From an uncultured Prevotellaceae bacterium (lineage in GTDB: Bacteria > Bacteroidota > Bacteroidia > Bacteroidales > Bacteroidaceae): 64,000 nucleotides of DNA. The notes under the pieces were generated by a model. The model was given only the letters and a program-made list of their open reading frames with translations. It did no database searches and was not told where the DNA came from. Positions 49,576 to 59,449 of the stretch are shown here, one piece after another. The DNA lies in assembly GCA_902779745.1 (NCBI GenBank), contig CACZCT010000001.1, positions 75 through 64,074 of the forward strand, read 5' to 3'. The position numbers and the translations under genes were made by a program. The first letter of the stretch is position 1. Every line of letters begins with the position of its first letter.

Positions 49576-50796
49576 TTATAAGTTTTTTACGATTAATGTC
49601 GAATTGGTTCCTCCAAAGCCAAAGGAGTTGCTCAGGAACTGGTCGAAATGAATTTCTTTGGTTTCTCCTAATACATTGACACAGCTTGTCTCATCATCAG
49701 GATTCTCGAAGTTCACACTTCCTGCGATAAAGTCGTTTTTCATCATCAGCATCGAGTAGATGATTTCTGAGGCTCCTGCCATCCACATCTCATGACCAGT
49801 TTGACTCTTGGTCGATGTCACAGGCACCTTATAGTCGCCAAAGGCCTGGCCAATAGCCATAGCCTCACGCGCATCACCAATCTTGGTCGAGGTGGCGTGG
49901 GCATTCACATAGCCGATGTCTCGCGGATTGACATTCGCATCTTTCAGACAGAGTTCCAGTGAACGGGCCGGTCCAGCTACATTAGGTGTTGAGATATGGT
50001 CGCCATTTCCAGAGAATCCCCAACCGACGATTTCAGCCAAGATGGGGGCACCACGACGTACGGCACTCTCATAGCTTTCAAGAATCACTGTTGCAGCGCC
50101 ACCACCAGGAACCAATCCATTGCGGTCGCGGTCGAAAGGACGACTGGCCTTTGTGGCGTCATTGTCATCACGCAAGGCAAATGACTGAATGCCGTCAAAC
50201 GAAGCCACACCATACATATTGGCCTCCTGAGCACCACCGCAGACAACACACTCCTGCAATCCATTGCGGATGAGCAGAGTCCCCAGTCCGATAGACTGCG
50301 AACCACTGGCACATGCTGCAGAAGCTGTCAGGTTGATACCCTTCAAATGGAACAGACAGGCGAGGTTCATCGTCACTGTCGAGTTCATCGACTGAAAGAT
50401 GGCACCACTGCCACAGGCAGCCGTTGAACCGGCATTGCGGAATTTGTCGAGTGCTATCATTGTAGCTTCAGCTACGGAGTCGTTGCCATAGATGATGCCT
50501 ACCTCATGCTGGTCGATATAATCCATATCCAGACGGGCAGCCTCTAAGGCATCTTTTGTCGCCATATAGGCATACTGTGCCTCCTCGGGCATGAATTGTC
50601 GCTGGTTACGGCCGATAAACGGTTTCAAGTCAGGGCGTGGAACGTTAGCGGTAAACGGTGAACGGAAACCAGCATCCACACGTTCCTGACTTTTGATGAT
50701 TCCACTTTTTCCTTCATACAGGGACTGGCGCACCTCGTCGAGCGTTACACCCAGACACGACCATATTCCCATTCCTGTAATTACTACACGATTCAT
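49576..50796 (-). CDS. Beta-ketoacyl-ACP synthase (FabB/FabF type)
   Basis: AACASG, NAHATST, KSQTGH, SNSFGFGG. Confidence 0.93.
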   Translation of the reverse strand: MNRVVITGMGIWSCLGVTLDEVRQSLYEGKSGIIKSQERVDAGFRSPFTANVPRPDLKPFIGRNQRQFMPEEAQYAYMATKDALEAARLDMDYIDQHEVGIIYGNDSVAEATMIALDKFRNAGSTAACGSGAIFQSMNSTVTMNLACLFHLKGINLTASAACASGSQSIGLGTLLIRNGLQECVVCGGAQEANMYGVASFDGIQSFALRDDNDATKASRPFDRDRNGLVPGGGAATVILESYESAVRRGAPILAEIVGWGFSGNGDHISTPNVAGPARSLELCLKDANVNPRDIGYVNAHATSTKIGDAREAMAIGQAFGDYKVPVTSTKSQTGHEMWMAGASEIIYSMLMMKNDFIAGSVNFENPDDETSCVNVLGETKEIHFDQFLSNSFGFGGTNSTLIVKNL

Positions 50797-50822
50797 ATTA
50801 TCTTCTATTAAACTTCAATTCT

Positions 50823-51965
50823 CTAATCTTTCAATTCCTTGCAAAAGCATCTTCTCCGCTTAACAACCTCCGGGTGCAGGGGCTTCCACTGTGACAGTTC
50901 ACGTACATTTTCCTCCAACTGCGGTCCTGTCTCAGCCCAACGGAACCCATACTTATTATATATAGGTATAAGATCTTCGAAAAACAACGCATTCACGCCA
51001 TAGCCCTGTAAGTCAGGACGCACGGCAATCAACAGCATCTCAGCATTATCCTCACGCTTCCACTTCAGTGACTTCAGCAGGTGATACCAGCCCAACGGCC
51101 ACAGACTGCCATCGGCCTTGCGCATGGCCTGTGAAATACTGCCCATTGTAACAGCCACACCTATTACCTCGTTCTTTTCATCTACAATGACAGGTATCAG
51201 TTGTTTGTCTATAACGGGCAGATACTTGTGCAGGAATTGGTTGACCTGCTCGTCCGAGAGTCTGGTAAATCCGAACAACGGCTCGTAGGCCACGTTCAAT
51301 AAGTCAAAAACCTTCTTGCCATAGCCTTTATTGCTAATCATATCGTCAGTCACTTTGATGACCTTCAGTCCCATCTGTTCCCTGCAATACTGGGCTACGC
51401 GCCGGTATCGAGCAGGAATATCCTTTGGCACATTGATACGGATCTGTACCCAGTCCACTTCCTTCTCCATTCCCAGAGCCTCCATGTGGCGAGGATAGTA
51501 GTCAGGATTATAGATGGTGTTAGGCGATCCTGTCATGTCGAAATTCTCACACAGCATGCCTTCCTTGTCGAAGTCGGTGATGCCCAAAGGTCCCTGTATA
51601 CGGGTCATGCCATACGACTGTCCCCACTTGGATACAGCTTCTATCAATGCACCCGACACGTCAAGGTCGTCAATGAATTCTATCATCGAGAAACGTACGC
51701 TTTTCGTCTGCCATTTCTCATTGGCACGCTGATTGATGATTCCCACGATGCGCCCCACAGGAATATCGTGACGATAAGCCACAAAAGGCTGGACATTCAA
51801 GGCACCATGCTCAGCGTTTACCGTTCTTGGGGTAATCATGACACGGACATCACTCCGCAGGTCAGGCACATATTGCGGACAATCGCGGTAGATATAGTCA
51901 GGCAGGTGAATGAAATCACTTACATCCCTTTTGCACGTCACCTTTTTCACTTCTACCATATTCAT
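50823..51965 (-). CDS. YghO / bacterial ceramide synthase-like GNAT acyltransferase
   Basis: FIHLPDYIY..VPDL, VGRIVGIIN, GPLGITDFDKEGML, YNPDYY, AVRPDLQGYG, LEEN motifs. Confidence 0.75.
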   Translation of the reverse strand: MNMVEVKKVTCKRDVSDFIHLPDYIYRDCPQYVPDLRSDVRVMITPRTVNAEHGALNVQPFVAYRHDIPVGRIVGIINQRANEKWQTKSVRFSMIEFIDDLDVSGALIEAVSKWGQSYGMTRIQGPLGITDFDKEGMLCENFDMTGSPNTIYNPDYYPRHMEALGMEKEVDWVQIRINVPKDIPARYRRVAQYCREQMGLKVIKVTDDMISNKGYGKKVFDLLNVAYEPLFGFTRLSDEQVNQFLHKYLPVIDKQLIPVIVDEKNEVIGVAVTMGSISQAMRKADGSLWPLGWYHLLKSLKWKREDNAEMLLIAVRPDLQGYGVNALFFEDLIPIYNKYGFRWAETGPQLEENVRELSQWKPLHPEVVKRRRCFCKELKD

Positions 51966-52810
51966 CCAATCTGATAATATTTCACCCGGTACTCCAAAGG
52001 CGTCATGCCTGCCTGACGGCGGAAGTACTGTCCAAAGAACGACGAATTGGGAAATCCGAGAATGTCCGAAATCTCCTTCACACTCTTATTGGTATTTCTC
52101 AGCATGGCATAGCAATCCTCCATCGTACTCTCTGTAATCCACTGTATGGGGGCTTTGCCGCTAACCCGCTGACAGACAACTGACAAATACTTCGGAGTCA
52201 GGCAAAGTTTTTCGGCATAATAAGACACTTGGCGACGCTTATACTGTTCTGAGGCAATCTGCGTGAGGAACTTGCCGAAGATATCCTTGTCGCGTACTGT
52301 GGAAACATCGGCTAGGTACATCGCGTCCTCATGCTCTACAAATCTCTCACAAATCATCAGCAACATAGTACGGAGAAACGACAGCAAGATTTCATCCCTA
52401 AGTTGTAAATCACGTTGACGGAAGATGCTCCTTACATAAAAATCCATGCCATCCATCCATTCCTGATGGTTGATAACGTATACCTCTTTCAAGTACATTG
52501 CCCTGTTCCAGATGTCTGTCTGTCCGCCCAGCGCACCCTTCAGCGCCTTGTCAGAGATAAATAGCGCACGAGCCTTTACATCGGTGCTCACCATGATAGG
52601 ATAGATCGTTTTCTGGGCGGGTATCAACAACAGTTGACCGGCTTCTACCTTGATATTATCACGCGATCCCATCTCTACCAAGACCTTACCACTTTGGCAA
52701 TAGACCAGTGTATTATAGGGCAGGCGCGTACTTTGCGCCTTTGCAATTTCGATGACGTTCTCCACATATAATATGTCATCATGCACCAGTGATATAGCTT
52801 CTATCTCCAT
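51962..52810 (-). CDS. AraC-family transcriptional regulator
   Basis: VSYYAEKLCLTPKYLS, LGFPNSSFFGQYFRRQAGMTP; TAATTTTG promoter element at 52832-52839. Confidence 0.92.
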   Translation of the reverse strand: MEIEAISLVHDDILYVENVIEIAKAQSTRLPYNTLVYCQSGKVLVEMGSRDNIKVEAGQLLLIPAQKTIYPIMVSTDVKARALFISDKALKGALGGQTDIWNRAMYLKEVYVINHQEWMDGMDFYVRSIFRQRDLQLRDEILLSFLRTMLLMICERFVEHEDAMYLADVSTVRDKDIFGKFLTQIASEQYKRRQVSYYAEKLCLTPKYLSVVCQRVSGKAPIQWITESTMEDCYAMLRNTNKSVKEISDILGFPNSSFFGQYFRRQAGMTPLEYRVKYYQIG

Positions 52811-52894
52811 AACGATAATACAATTCGGCTGCAAAATTAAACATTTTCAGCCGAATTTCGACGTTCTGTTTTTTCCCGATTTTGTTCCATTCGG

Positions 52895-52953
52895 AAAAGC
52901 AATGATAAACAGAAGCCTGAGCGATGCTCAGGCTTCTGTTTATCATTGCTTTT
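52895..52953 (-). terminator. Long perfect hairpin (28-bp arms) terminating the GH43 operon
   Basis: aaaagcaatgataaacagaagcctgagc-gat-gctcaggcttctgtttatcattgctttt, overlapping the stop codon. Confidence 0.8.
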
Positions 52954-54601
52954 TTGCCTTTTTATAACAAAACTCACCGATGTCTACATAGCCACCTTTC
53001 TTTTTCGTGGCGTAGCAGAATATACCGAACTTGGAACCCATGAAGAAACGGCGCCAGTCAAAACCCATGCGGTAGTCGCTGCCTATCTTTGTCCATTGCT
53101 CACCGTCGAGGCTGTAATAGAAGGTTGCCATGTCGGCACCACCAAACCGTCTGCCACCTTCACCAGGACGAAAATCAGCATCAATACGCAGCCATATCTT
53201 GTCCTGTTTCAGTTCCACGCTTTCGATAACCTTCTCCTCAAAATTTGTCACCTCTTTGTCTCGGTCGGAGAGTTCCACCTTCATCTCAACCATCTCCAGC
53301 ACGAATTTCTTGCCCTTCTTTTTAATCACCAGGGCACCCGTATCACTGTTGAAGGCAGCCAGTCCTGCACAGTCGCCGTCTTTCATCTTCGAGAGGTCCA
53401 TGGTGACAGCACCGCTACACTGCGGTCCCTCCATACGCTGTGTGAGTGTGTTAGGAGCAAGATAAAGGGTATTCACCACACGATTGGTCTTCAGACGGAG
53501 GAATCCAGGACGTTCCGTCAGGCTCCACGCCTCATCGATGGGATTGTGGTTCCACTGCCAGTGCAGTCCTAGTTTGGAGTCAGAGAAATCATCACCCTTC
53601 ACAATGGCTGTCTCAGGCTCTCCGCTTACCAACGGACGTACCTCGTCGGGTACCTTGCCATTCTCGTCGCCTAACATCGGCCATCCATTAATCCAGCGAC
53701 AAGGCATCACGGTGAGTACACGTCCTACACCGCCACGGTCTTGGAAGATGATACCATACCAGTCACCGTCCTGGGTGTCGACAATCGTACCCTGTGCCTC
53801 ATAGGAGAAACCGCCGAACTCACTCTCCAAGATGACCTGTTTCTCGTAAGGACCATGAATATCGTCGGCACGATAGCACACCTCACGGCGATGTTTGCCA
53901 GGAGCATAGACATGAGAGATCATCAGCAGGTAGTACTTACCGTTATGTTTGATGACACGACTTCCCTCCAAGAGTCCAGTCTCATCGGCTTCTTTTTGGA
54001 AGATACGCATGTGTGTCCCTTCTATCACGTCGGAGAGGTCGGGTTTCAGTTCCATCAACTCCCCCGTGCCATAGATGACATACACGCGCCCATCATCATC
54101 GAAAAAAAGCGAGCAGTCATGAAAGTGACGCATACGGGAGACAATGGTCCACGGACCTTCTGCCTTCTCGGCGGAGAATATATACGTGTCGCCCATCGCC
54201 CCCTGTTCGTTGGGAGCCAGCAATGCATAGAACTTCCCGTTATGGTACTTCAGGGAAGTAGCCCACTGACCACGTCCGTAAGCAGTACCCTGTTGCAAGT
54301 CGTACTTCGGTGAGTCTGTCAGTTTATCGAAGATATAACCCATCGTCTCCCAGTTTTTCAGGTCTTTCGACTTCATGATGGGAGCACCAGGCATCAAGTG
54401 CATAGTGGTGGACACGAGATAGAACGTGTCGCCCACACGGATGACATCAGGATCAGGAACATCCGCCCACAACATCGGATTCTGAATCTTCTCCGTATGA
54501 AGGGTAGTATAATTCGTATCAGGAGTATCCTGCGCATATAATGTGGAAGACATGGACACCAGGCAGGTAAGTGCCAGCATCTTTGATAGCATCATTTTCA
54601 T
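52943..54601 (-). CDS. GH43 beta-xylosidase/arabinofuranosidase (paralog of 27116..28834)
   Basis: NPMLWADVPDPDVIRVG, HDCSL, LEG, WQWNH. Confidence 0.92.
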   Translation of the reverse strand: MKMMLSKMLALTCLVSMSSTLYAQDTPDTNYTTLHTEKIQNPMLWADVPDPDVIRVGDTFYLVSTTMHLMPGAPIMKSKDLKNWETMGYIFDKLTDSPKYDLQQGTAYGRGQWATSLKYHNGKFYALLAPNEQGAMGDTYIFSAEKAEGPWTIVSRMRHFHDCSLFFDDDGRVYVIYGTGELMELKPDLSDVIEGTHMRIFQKEADETGLLEGSRVIKHNGKYYLLMISHVYAPGKHRREVCYRADDIHGPYEKQVILESEFGGFSYEAQGTIVDTQDGDWYGIIFQDRGGVGRVLTVMPCRWINGWPMLGDENGKVPDEVRPLVSGEPETAIVKGDDFSDSKLGLHWQWNHNPIDEAWSLTERPGFLRLKTNRVVNTLYLAPNTLTQRMEGPQCSGAVTMDLSKMKDGDCAGLAAFNSDTGALVIKKKGKKFVLEMVEMKVELSDRDKEVTNFEEKVIESVELKQDKIWLRIDADFRPGEGGRRFGGADMATFYYSLDGEQWTKIGSDYRMGFDWRRFFMGSKFGIFCYATKKKGGYVDIGEFCYKKAKKQ

Positions 54602-54611
54602 ATCATCTATA

Positions 54612-56660
54612 TTAGTTAATAAGGAAAATTTTCGTTAAGCCATTGTAGGTTGCCTTGATGGTGGCACGTCCCTCTACGATAGGACTAATCTCAAATTGCA
54701 CACCAGGTACATCAGAAGTTGCTTCCAACTTCGTGCCATTCTTCACCAGCCCATAGACCTGATAACGAGTCTGGTCGGTATAGCCGTTGAGATTGGTGAA
54801 ACGGATAGGCGTAATGGGAATTACCAACTTCTGTCCGTCGGCAGTGATGGTCACTGAAGGTACTTTGGGAACAGGACAGGCATCAGTTTTTGAGAAACCG
54901 ATGCCGTGGAGGTCGAAGAGCCCCTGTGGGCGCTGCGGACCACGGGGAGCCCCCCAACGGGGACGTTCTGGAGCCTTTACCTCCGGCCCCTCAGTCACGA
55001 GATAGACGGCGTGTTTACCCGTGAGTCCTTCAACGGCAGGAACTAACGTAGAAACAGTGAGTACCTGATTGGCGGGGAACTTATCGTCGACATTGATAAC
55101 TCCAATCTCCTCACCCTTCCAGGGATCATCGAGTTTGATGTGAATCATGAAGGCTCCCTTGCCGCTGGATGTCAGGTTCAGGTAAAGATGGGCGTTATCG
55201 CCTTTCTTGATACCTTCGAAAGCTTTAATACCCTTCGTATCTTGGGCAAGACCACCGAAGCCGAAGTACTTGAAACCGACGATACCACCATTGGTGATGC
55301 CAGCAAGATCCATACTATTGTTCCACACGTCGTGGTTGTCCTGCATCCACTCGTTGCTGTTGGTACCACCTGTCATGAAACAGGCATAACCGGCGGAGTA
55401 ATAGTCATAAGGGGGCAGACCGAAGATTTGGAAACCCTCGCTGGTGACCTCGGCTCCCGTATAGGTATTGCCGTCGGAGGCAGCAGCCGTCCATTCTTGA
55501 TCCTTCGTATAAGGGTCATAACCTGTAATTTTTACCACACCGCCTTTTGCCACGGGTTTCTTGTCCCAGGTAATCTTCACGGGAGCGACCATTGCCTGAC
55601 GGGCATAGCCGAAACCACGCGGAGGACGGTGGTAGAAAACATACCACTGACCGTTGATTTCCTCTATAGAGCCATGTGTATTATGACCGGCATTGGTAGT
55701 GATGAGTTTTGCACCGTTTTCACCGGCTACCACACCACGGGAGTCCACCAACACACCACCGGAACGCCAAGGACCGAGAGGTGAGTCACCGAAGGCATAG
55801 CGCAGGGCAGAGTTGGTATTGCCCAAGCCATACTCCTTGCCGCTATAGCCGCTGAACACCATGACGTACTTGTTGCCCACCTGACGGATAGACGATGCCT
55901 CGAAGAAATTGAAGTCGAGCGGATTCTGTCCCTGATAGAGTGCCTTGTACTCGCTGCCCCCCTTGTCGAGCAAGCGACCGTCTGCACTGCTAGCAGGGAT
56001 GAAGGGGTCAATGAGTTCCGTACCCTCACGCTTCGAGTACATCGTGTTTTGGTCGAGCTCACAGGCTGTAGAATGCTGGAAACCGTAGAATACATAGGCA
56101 CGAAAGCCGATATTGTAGTCGGGGTCTTTCTTGTCAGTAATATTCTCGATAAATACGGAGGGGTCGAAGTCGATAAGCGATCCAGGTACGCACTGGCGTC
56201 CGTCTTCCGTCAGGTTAACAGGCATAAAAGGACCGTTGGGACGGTCACCCTTGCAGACCATCGGAACACGTCGCCAGCCACGAGAGTGGGGATAGAGGTA
56301 ATAGGTTTTCTTACCTGTCGTCTTATCCTTCACTTCCACCAGATCGGGCGCAAACATCGTGTCCCACTGTCCGTCCACATACCAGGAGAAAATCGGACCC
56401 TCGTCGCGCCATTGGCTCAAATCCTCCACGGGAGCCGACCACATACGGATATCACTGCCACAATAAGCTGTATAATTGGTGTCATGCGATCCGATGATAT
56501 ACGCACGGTATTTACCTGGATTGTCAGGATCCTCAAAGACACGGGGTTCACCGTCAGGAAGATGTTCCCAGAGAGGGAGATAGGGGTTCTGTGCATTTGC
56601 CGTCATGGCAGTGCATAGCGTCAGCAGTAGAAAAGCAAGTTTCTTCATATTATCAATCAT
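54612..56660 (-). CDS. GH43-like hydrolase with CBM6-like domain
   Basis: NPYLPLWEHLPDGEPRVF, FDPSVF, FFEASSIR, NTHGS. Confidence 0.85.
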   Translation of the reverse strand: MIDNMKKLAFLLLTLCTAMTANAQNPYLPLWEHLPDGEPRVFEDPDNPGKYRAYIIGSHDTNYTAYCGSDIRMWSAPVEDLSQWRDEGPIFSWYVDGQWDTMFAPDLVEVKDKTTGKKTYYLYPHSRGWRRVPMVCKGDRPNGPFMPVNLTEDGRQCVPGSLIDFDPSVFIENITDKKDPDYNIGFRAYVFYGFQHSTACELDQNTMYSKREGTELIDPFIPASSADGRLLDKGGSEYKALYQGQNPLDFNFFEASSIRQVGNKYVMVFSGYSGKEYGLGNTNSALRYAFGDSPLGPWRSGGVLVDSRGVVAGENGAKLITTNAGHNTHGSIEEINGQWYVFYHRPPRGFGYARQAMVAPVKITWDKKPVAKGGVVKITGYDPYTKDQEWTAAASDGNTYTGAEVTSEGFQIFGLPPYDYYSAGYACFMTGGTNSNEWMQDNHDVWNNSMDLAGITNGGIVGFKYFGFGGLAQDTKGIKAFEGIKKGDNAHLYLNLTSSGKGAFMIHIKLDDPWKGEEIGVINVDDKFPANQVLTVSTLVPAVEGLTGKHAVYLVTEGPEVKAPERPRWGAPRGPQRPQGLFDLHGIGFSKTDACPVPKVPSVTITADGQKLVIPITPIRFTNLNGYTDQTRYQVYGLVKNGTKLEATSDVPGVQFEISPIVEGRATIKATYNGLTKIFLIN

Positions 56661-56673
56661 GTGTATCTAGTTA

Positions 56674-59433
56674 TTATTTGAATTGCCACCAGTCGAGACG
56701 CACATCGCCACTGGCATCGCTGAAACAGAGATAGAGGTCATGGATACCTGTGGCATCCTTTACCTTTGTGCTAAACGACTTGTATTTCTCCACACTGCCT
56801 GTCTTGCCGATGGTGACAGTACCGATGACAGGACCATGAATACCGTCGAGGCGCAGGGTGATGGTGCAACTGCCAGTAGCTGCCGCCATCATGGCGAAAC
56901 TCTTCGCACCCATTCCGAAGTCCACACCACGCAGGCGGATATACTCACCGTCGTTGATGTCGTAGATATACATATTCTTCTTACCAGTGGATGTAGGCAT
57001 GTCAGCCACCACACCCGTATTCTGGATACCCATCTTCGAAGACTTCAGTCCATAGCCCCATGCCATTGTCTCTGCCTCTACACGCTGGTATGGGTTCAAC
57101 CAGTGCAACTGCTTTATAGGCTGCTGATCCATCCAGTAAGGTACTTCCTGAATGGTACCGTCGGCATTGTAGGTAATCTCCGTAGCAGAGACACTGCGAC
57201 GTTCATGATGGATATAGGTATCAAGGTGCATCAGGTCATAGTTCTGTCCGAAGACATATGAGTGGCCCTTATAGTCACAGATACCGGGATGATTACCCCT
57301 ATCGCGCTGGGTGGGTTTCATGATATAACCCTTCCATTCCCAAGGACCCGTAGGTGAGTCACTCATGGCATAGCCGAGAGCCTCCGGACAACAAGTAGAG
57401 GCAAAAGCCAAATAGTATTTGCTCTCCTCGCCTTTTGGAGAGGGGCTGGGGGTGAGGCTCCTCTTATAGAACCAAGGACCTTCCTGATAGTTAGGGATAT
57501 GCGGCAACTTCGTCACCTCACTTGTCAGCGAGGTCATGTCGCTGCCCAGCTTTGCCCAGAAGGTATGGGGATTGCCCCAATACATATATGCCTGTCCGTC
57601 ATCGTCAGTATAGACACTCGGGTCGATGTCAAACCAGTTTGACTGATCCCATACCAACGGCTTGCCCAGAGGATCCTTGAAAGGACCATAGGGAGAATTA
57701 GCCACCAATACACCGATACCATGTCCATGCAATGGGGCATAGAGGTAGTATTTGCCATTACGCTCTACAGTTTGGATTGCCCAGGCACCATTCTCACGAC
57801 TACGCCAGGGAAAGTCTTTCAAAGAGGCGACAGCTCCATGTTCCGTCCAGTTCACCATATCAGTGGTAGACCATAACAGCCAGTCGTACATAAAAAATCC
57901 TGCCGAACTCTTCTCATTCTCATCGGGGATATCCTCAGGTGAGGCATCGTGCGACGTATATAAGAATAAAGTGTCGCCCACAACGAGCGGAGAGGGGTCA
58001 GCGGTATATTTGGTCTGGAAGAGCGGCATGTTCACCTGCTCTAATCCCCGTATCTCCCACCAGTCGAAGTTAAAGAGTTTCGGACCTTTACGACCTTTGA
58101 ACACCAGATAGAGGTCACGGGTATGTAAGAGTTCGGGGTAACCGTCGAGGACATCCAGATCGGCTGTCAGCGTCTGCCATTTCTCCCAGCCGCCCGTGCC
58201 AGGTACGTTGAGTGTACCGAGGAGTTTTCCTGCGACGCTGTCGAGACGTATCTCTATCTGTCCACCACGCAGACCACTGGCGACACGAGCCGTGAAGGTA
58301 CGAGGCATCTTGTAGCAGAAATGGACGTTCTGCAGTTTGATATAGTCACCGTTGTGGATATCAGTCACATAGACGCCCACTTCGTCATTTTGTTCTGTTT
58401 TGACACCCTTTGAGAAAGCCATCGTCTCAGCCTCCACTTTACGATAGGGGTCGAATTTCTCCAAGGGCTTCACACCCTCATCCGTTGGCATGATAGTGGG
58501 GAAGGAGCCGTCGGCATTATACTTGAACTCCTCGACAGCCACACTGCGTCCGAAACCGCCACCATTGGGCAGTTTCCCTGTGTGGTAGAAGAAATAACTA
58601 TGTCCTTTGTAGTCAGCTACACCGCAGTGGTTAGTAAATGACTTCGTATCACAGAGCGGCATGATCTCGCCTGCATATTTCCAAGGACCTGTAGGAGAGG
58701 GAGCAGTACTGTAGGAGATATGTTCTGGTACACCACCAGCAGCATACAGCAGTTGATAAGTGCCATTACGCTTGGTGAGCCACGGGCCTTCCACATAACT
58801 ATCCTTATATTGTTTTCCCTTTTCACGCTTGCTCATGACAGGACCACCGAAAGCTTCCTCCGTCATGTCAAGTAGTCCCAGTTCTCCACTGTACGAAATC
58901 ATGTCCTCGTTCAGTTTCAGATAGTAGCACTGAGGATTACCCCACATCAGCCATGCCTGTCCGTCGTCATCGATGAGTACCGTGGGGTCAATATGATCCC
59001 ATGAGCCGTTCTCAAAGAGCGGTTTTCCAATGGCATCCCGGAAAGGACCTGTCGGGGAGTCACCTACGGCAACACCGATCGCCATACCGTTGGAAATCTT
59101 GGAATGAGCACAGATATACCAATAGAACTTCCCGTTTCGTTCCACACACTGACTCGCCCAGGCACGGTCGTCAGCCCAGGAGAAACTTTCCAGAGCAAGG
59201 GGTGAACCATGATCCGTCCAGTTGACCATATCCTGCGTGGAATAGACACGCCATTCCTGCATCCAGAAGAAGTCGGCATTATCCTCATCATGTCCGGTAT
59301 ACACATACATTGTCCCGCCATGGACCATGGGAGCCGGGTCAGAGGTACACCAGGTCTGTACAAAAGGATTCTGTGCCTGCAGGGAGGTGAAGCCCAGCAA
59401 GCATAAGAGTGTTGTTAGTTTTGTCTTTTTCAT
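56674..59433 (-). CDS. Tandem GH43-CBM6-GH43-CBM6 xylosidase/arabinofuranosidase
   Basis: Two sets of (S/A)DP, IDP, EGPW, NH motifs, each followed by PY.xVEAET CBM6. Confidence 0.92.
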   Translation of the reverse strand: MKKTKLTTLLCLLGFTSLQAQNPFVQTWCTSDPAPMVHGGTMYVYTGHDEDNADFFWMQEWRVYSTQDMVNWTDHGSPLALESFSWADDRAWASQCVERNGKFYWYICAHSKISNGMAIGVAVGDSPTGPFRDAIGKPLFENGSWDHIDPTVLIDDDGQAWLMWGNPQCYYLKLNEDMISYSGELGLLDMTEEAFGGPVMSKREKGKQYKDSYVEGPWLTKRNGTYQLLYAAGGVPEHISYSTAPSPTGPWKYAGEIMPLCDTKSFTNHCGVADYKGHSYFFYHTGKLPNGGGFGRSVAVEEFKYNADGSFPTIMPTDEGVKPLEKFDPYRKVEAETMAFSKGVKTEQNDEVGVYVTDIHNGDYIKLQNVHFCYKMPRTFTARVASGLRGGQIEIRLDSVAGKLLGTLNVPGTGGWEKWQTLTADLDVLDGYPELLHTRDLYLVFKGRKGPKLFNFDWWEIRGLEQVNMPLFQTKYTADPSPLVVGDTLFLYTSHDASPEDIPDENEKSSAGFFMYDWLLWSTTDMVNWTEHGAVASLKDFPWRSRENGAWAIQTVERNGKYYLYAPLHGHGIGVLVANSPYGPFKDPLGKPLVWDQSNWFDIDPSVYTDDDGQAYMYWGNPHTFWAKLGSDMTSLTSEVTKLPHIPNYQEGPWFYKRSLTPSPSPKGEESKYYLAFASTCCPEALGYAMSDSPTGPWEWKGYIMKPTQRDRGNHPGICDYKGHSYVFGQNYDLMHLDTYIHHERRSVSATEITYNADGTIQEVPYWMDQQPIKQLHWLNPYQRVEAETMAWGYGLKSSKMGIQNTGVVADMPTSTGKKNMYIYDINDGEYIRLRGVDFGMGAKSFAMMAAATGSCTITLRLDGIHGPVIGTVTIGKTGSVEKYKSFSTKVKDATGIHDLYLCFSDASGDVRLDWWQFK
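57422..57459. repeat. Palindromic REP-like element inserted in frame in GH43
   Basis: ctctcctcgccttttggagaggggctgggggtgaggct encoding SLTPSPSPKGEES. Confidence 0.65.
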
Positions 59434-59449
59434 ATCTTTATGTTTTTGA

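Noticed and set aside
43798-50796. Complete flexirubin/aryl-polyene cluster or core FAS
   Set aside because: Lacks DarA/B, ammonia-lyase, ligase and chain-length factor; also lacks fabD/fabH and carries MMPL/LolA
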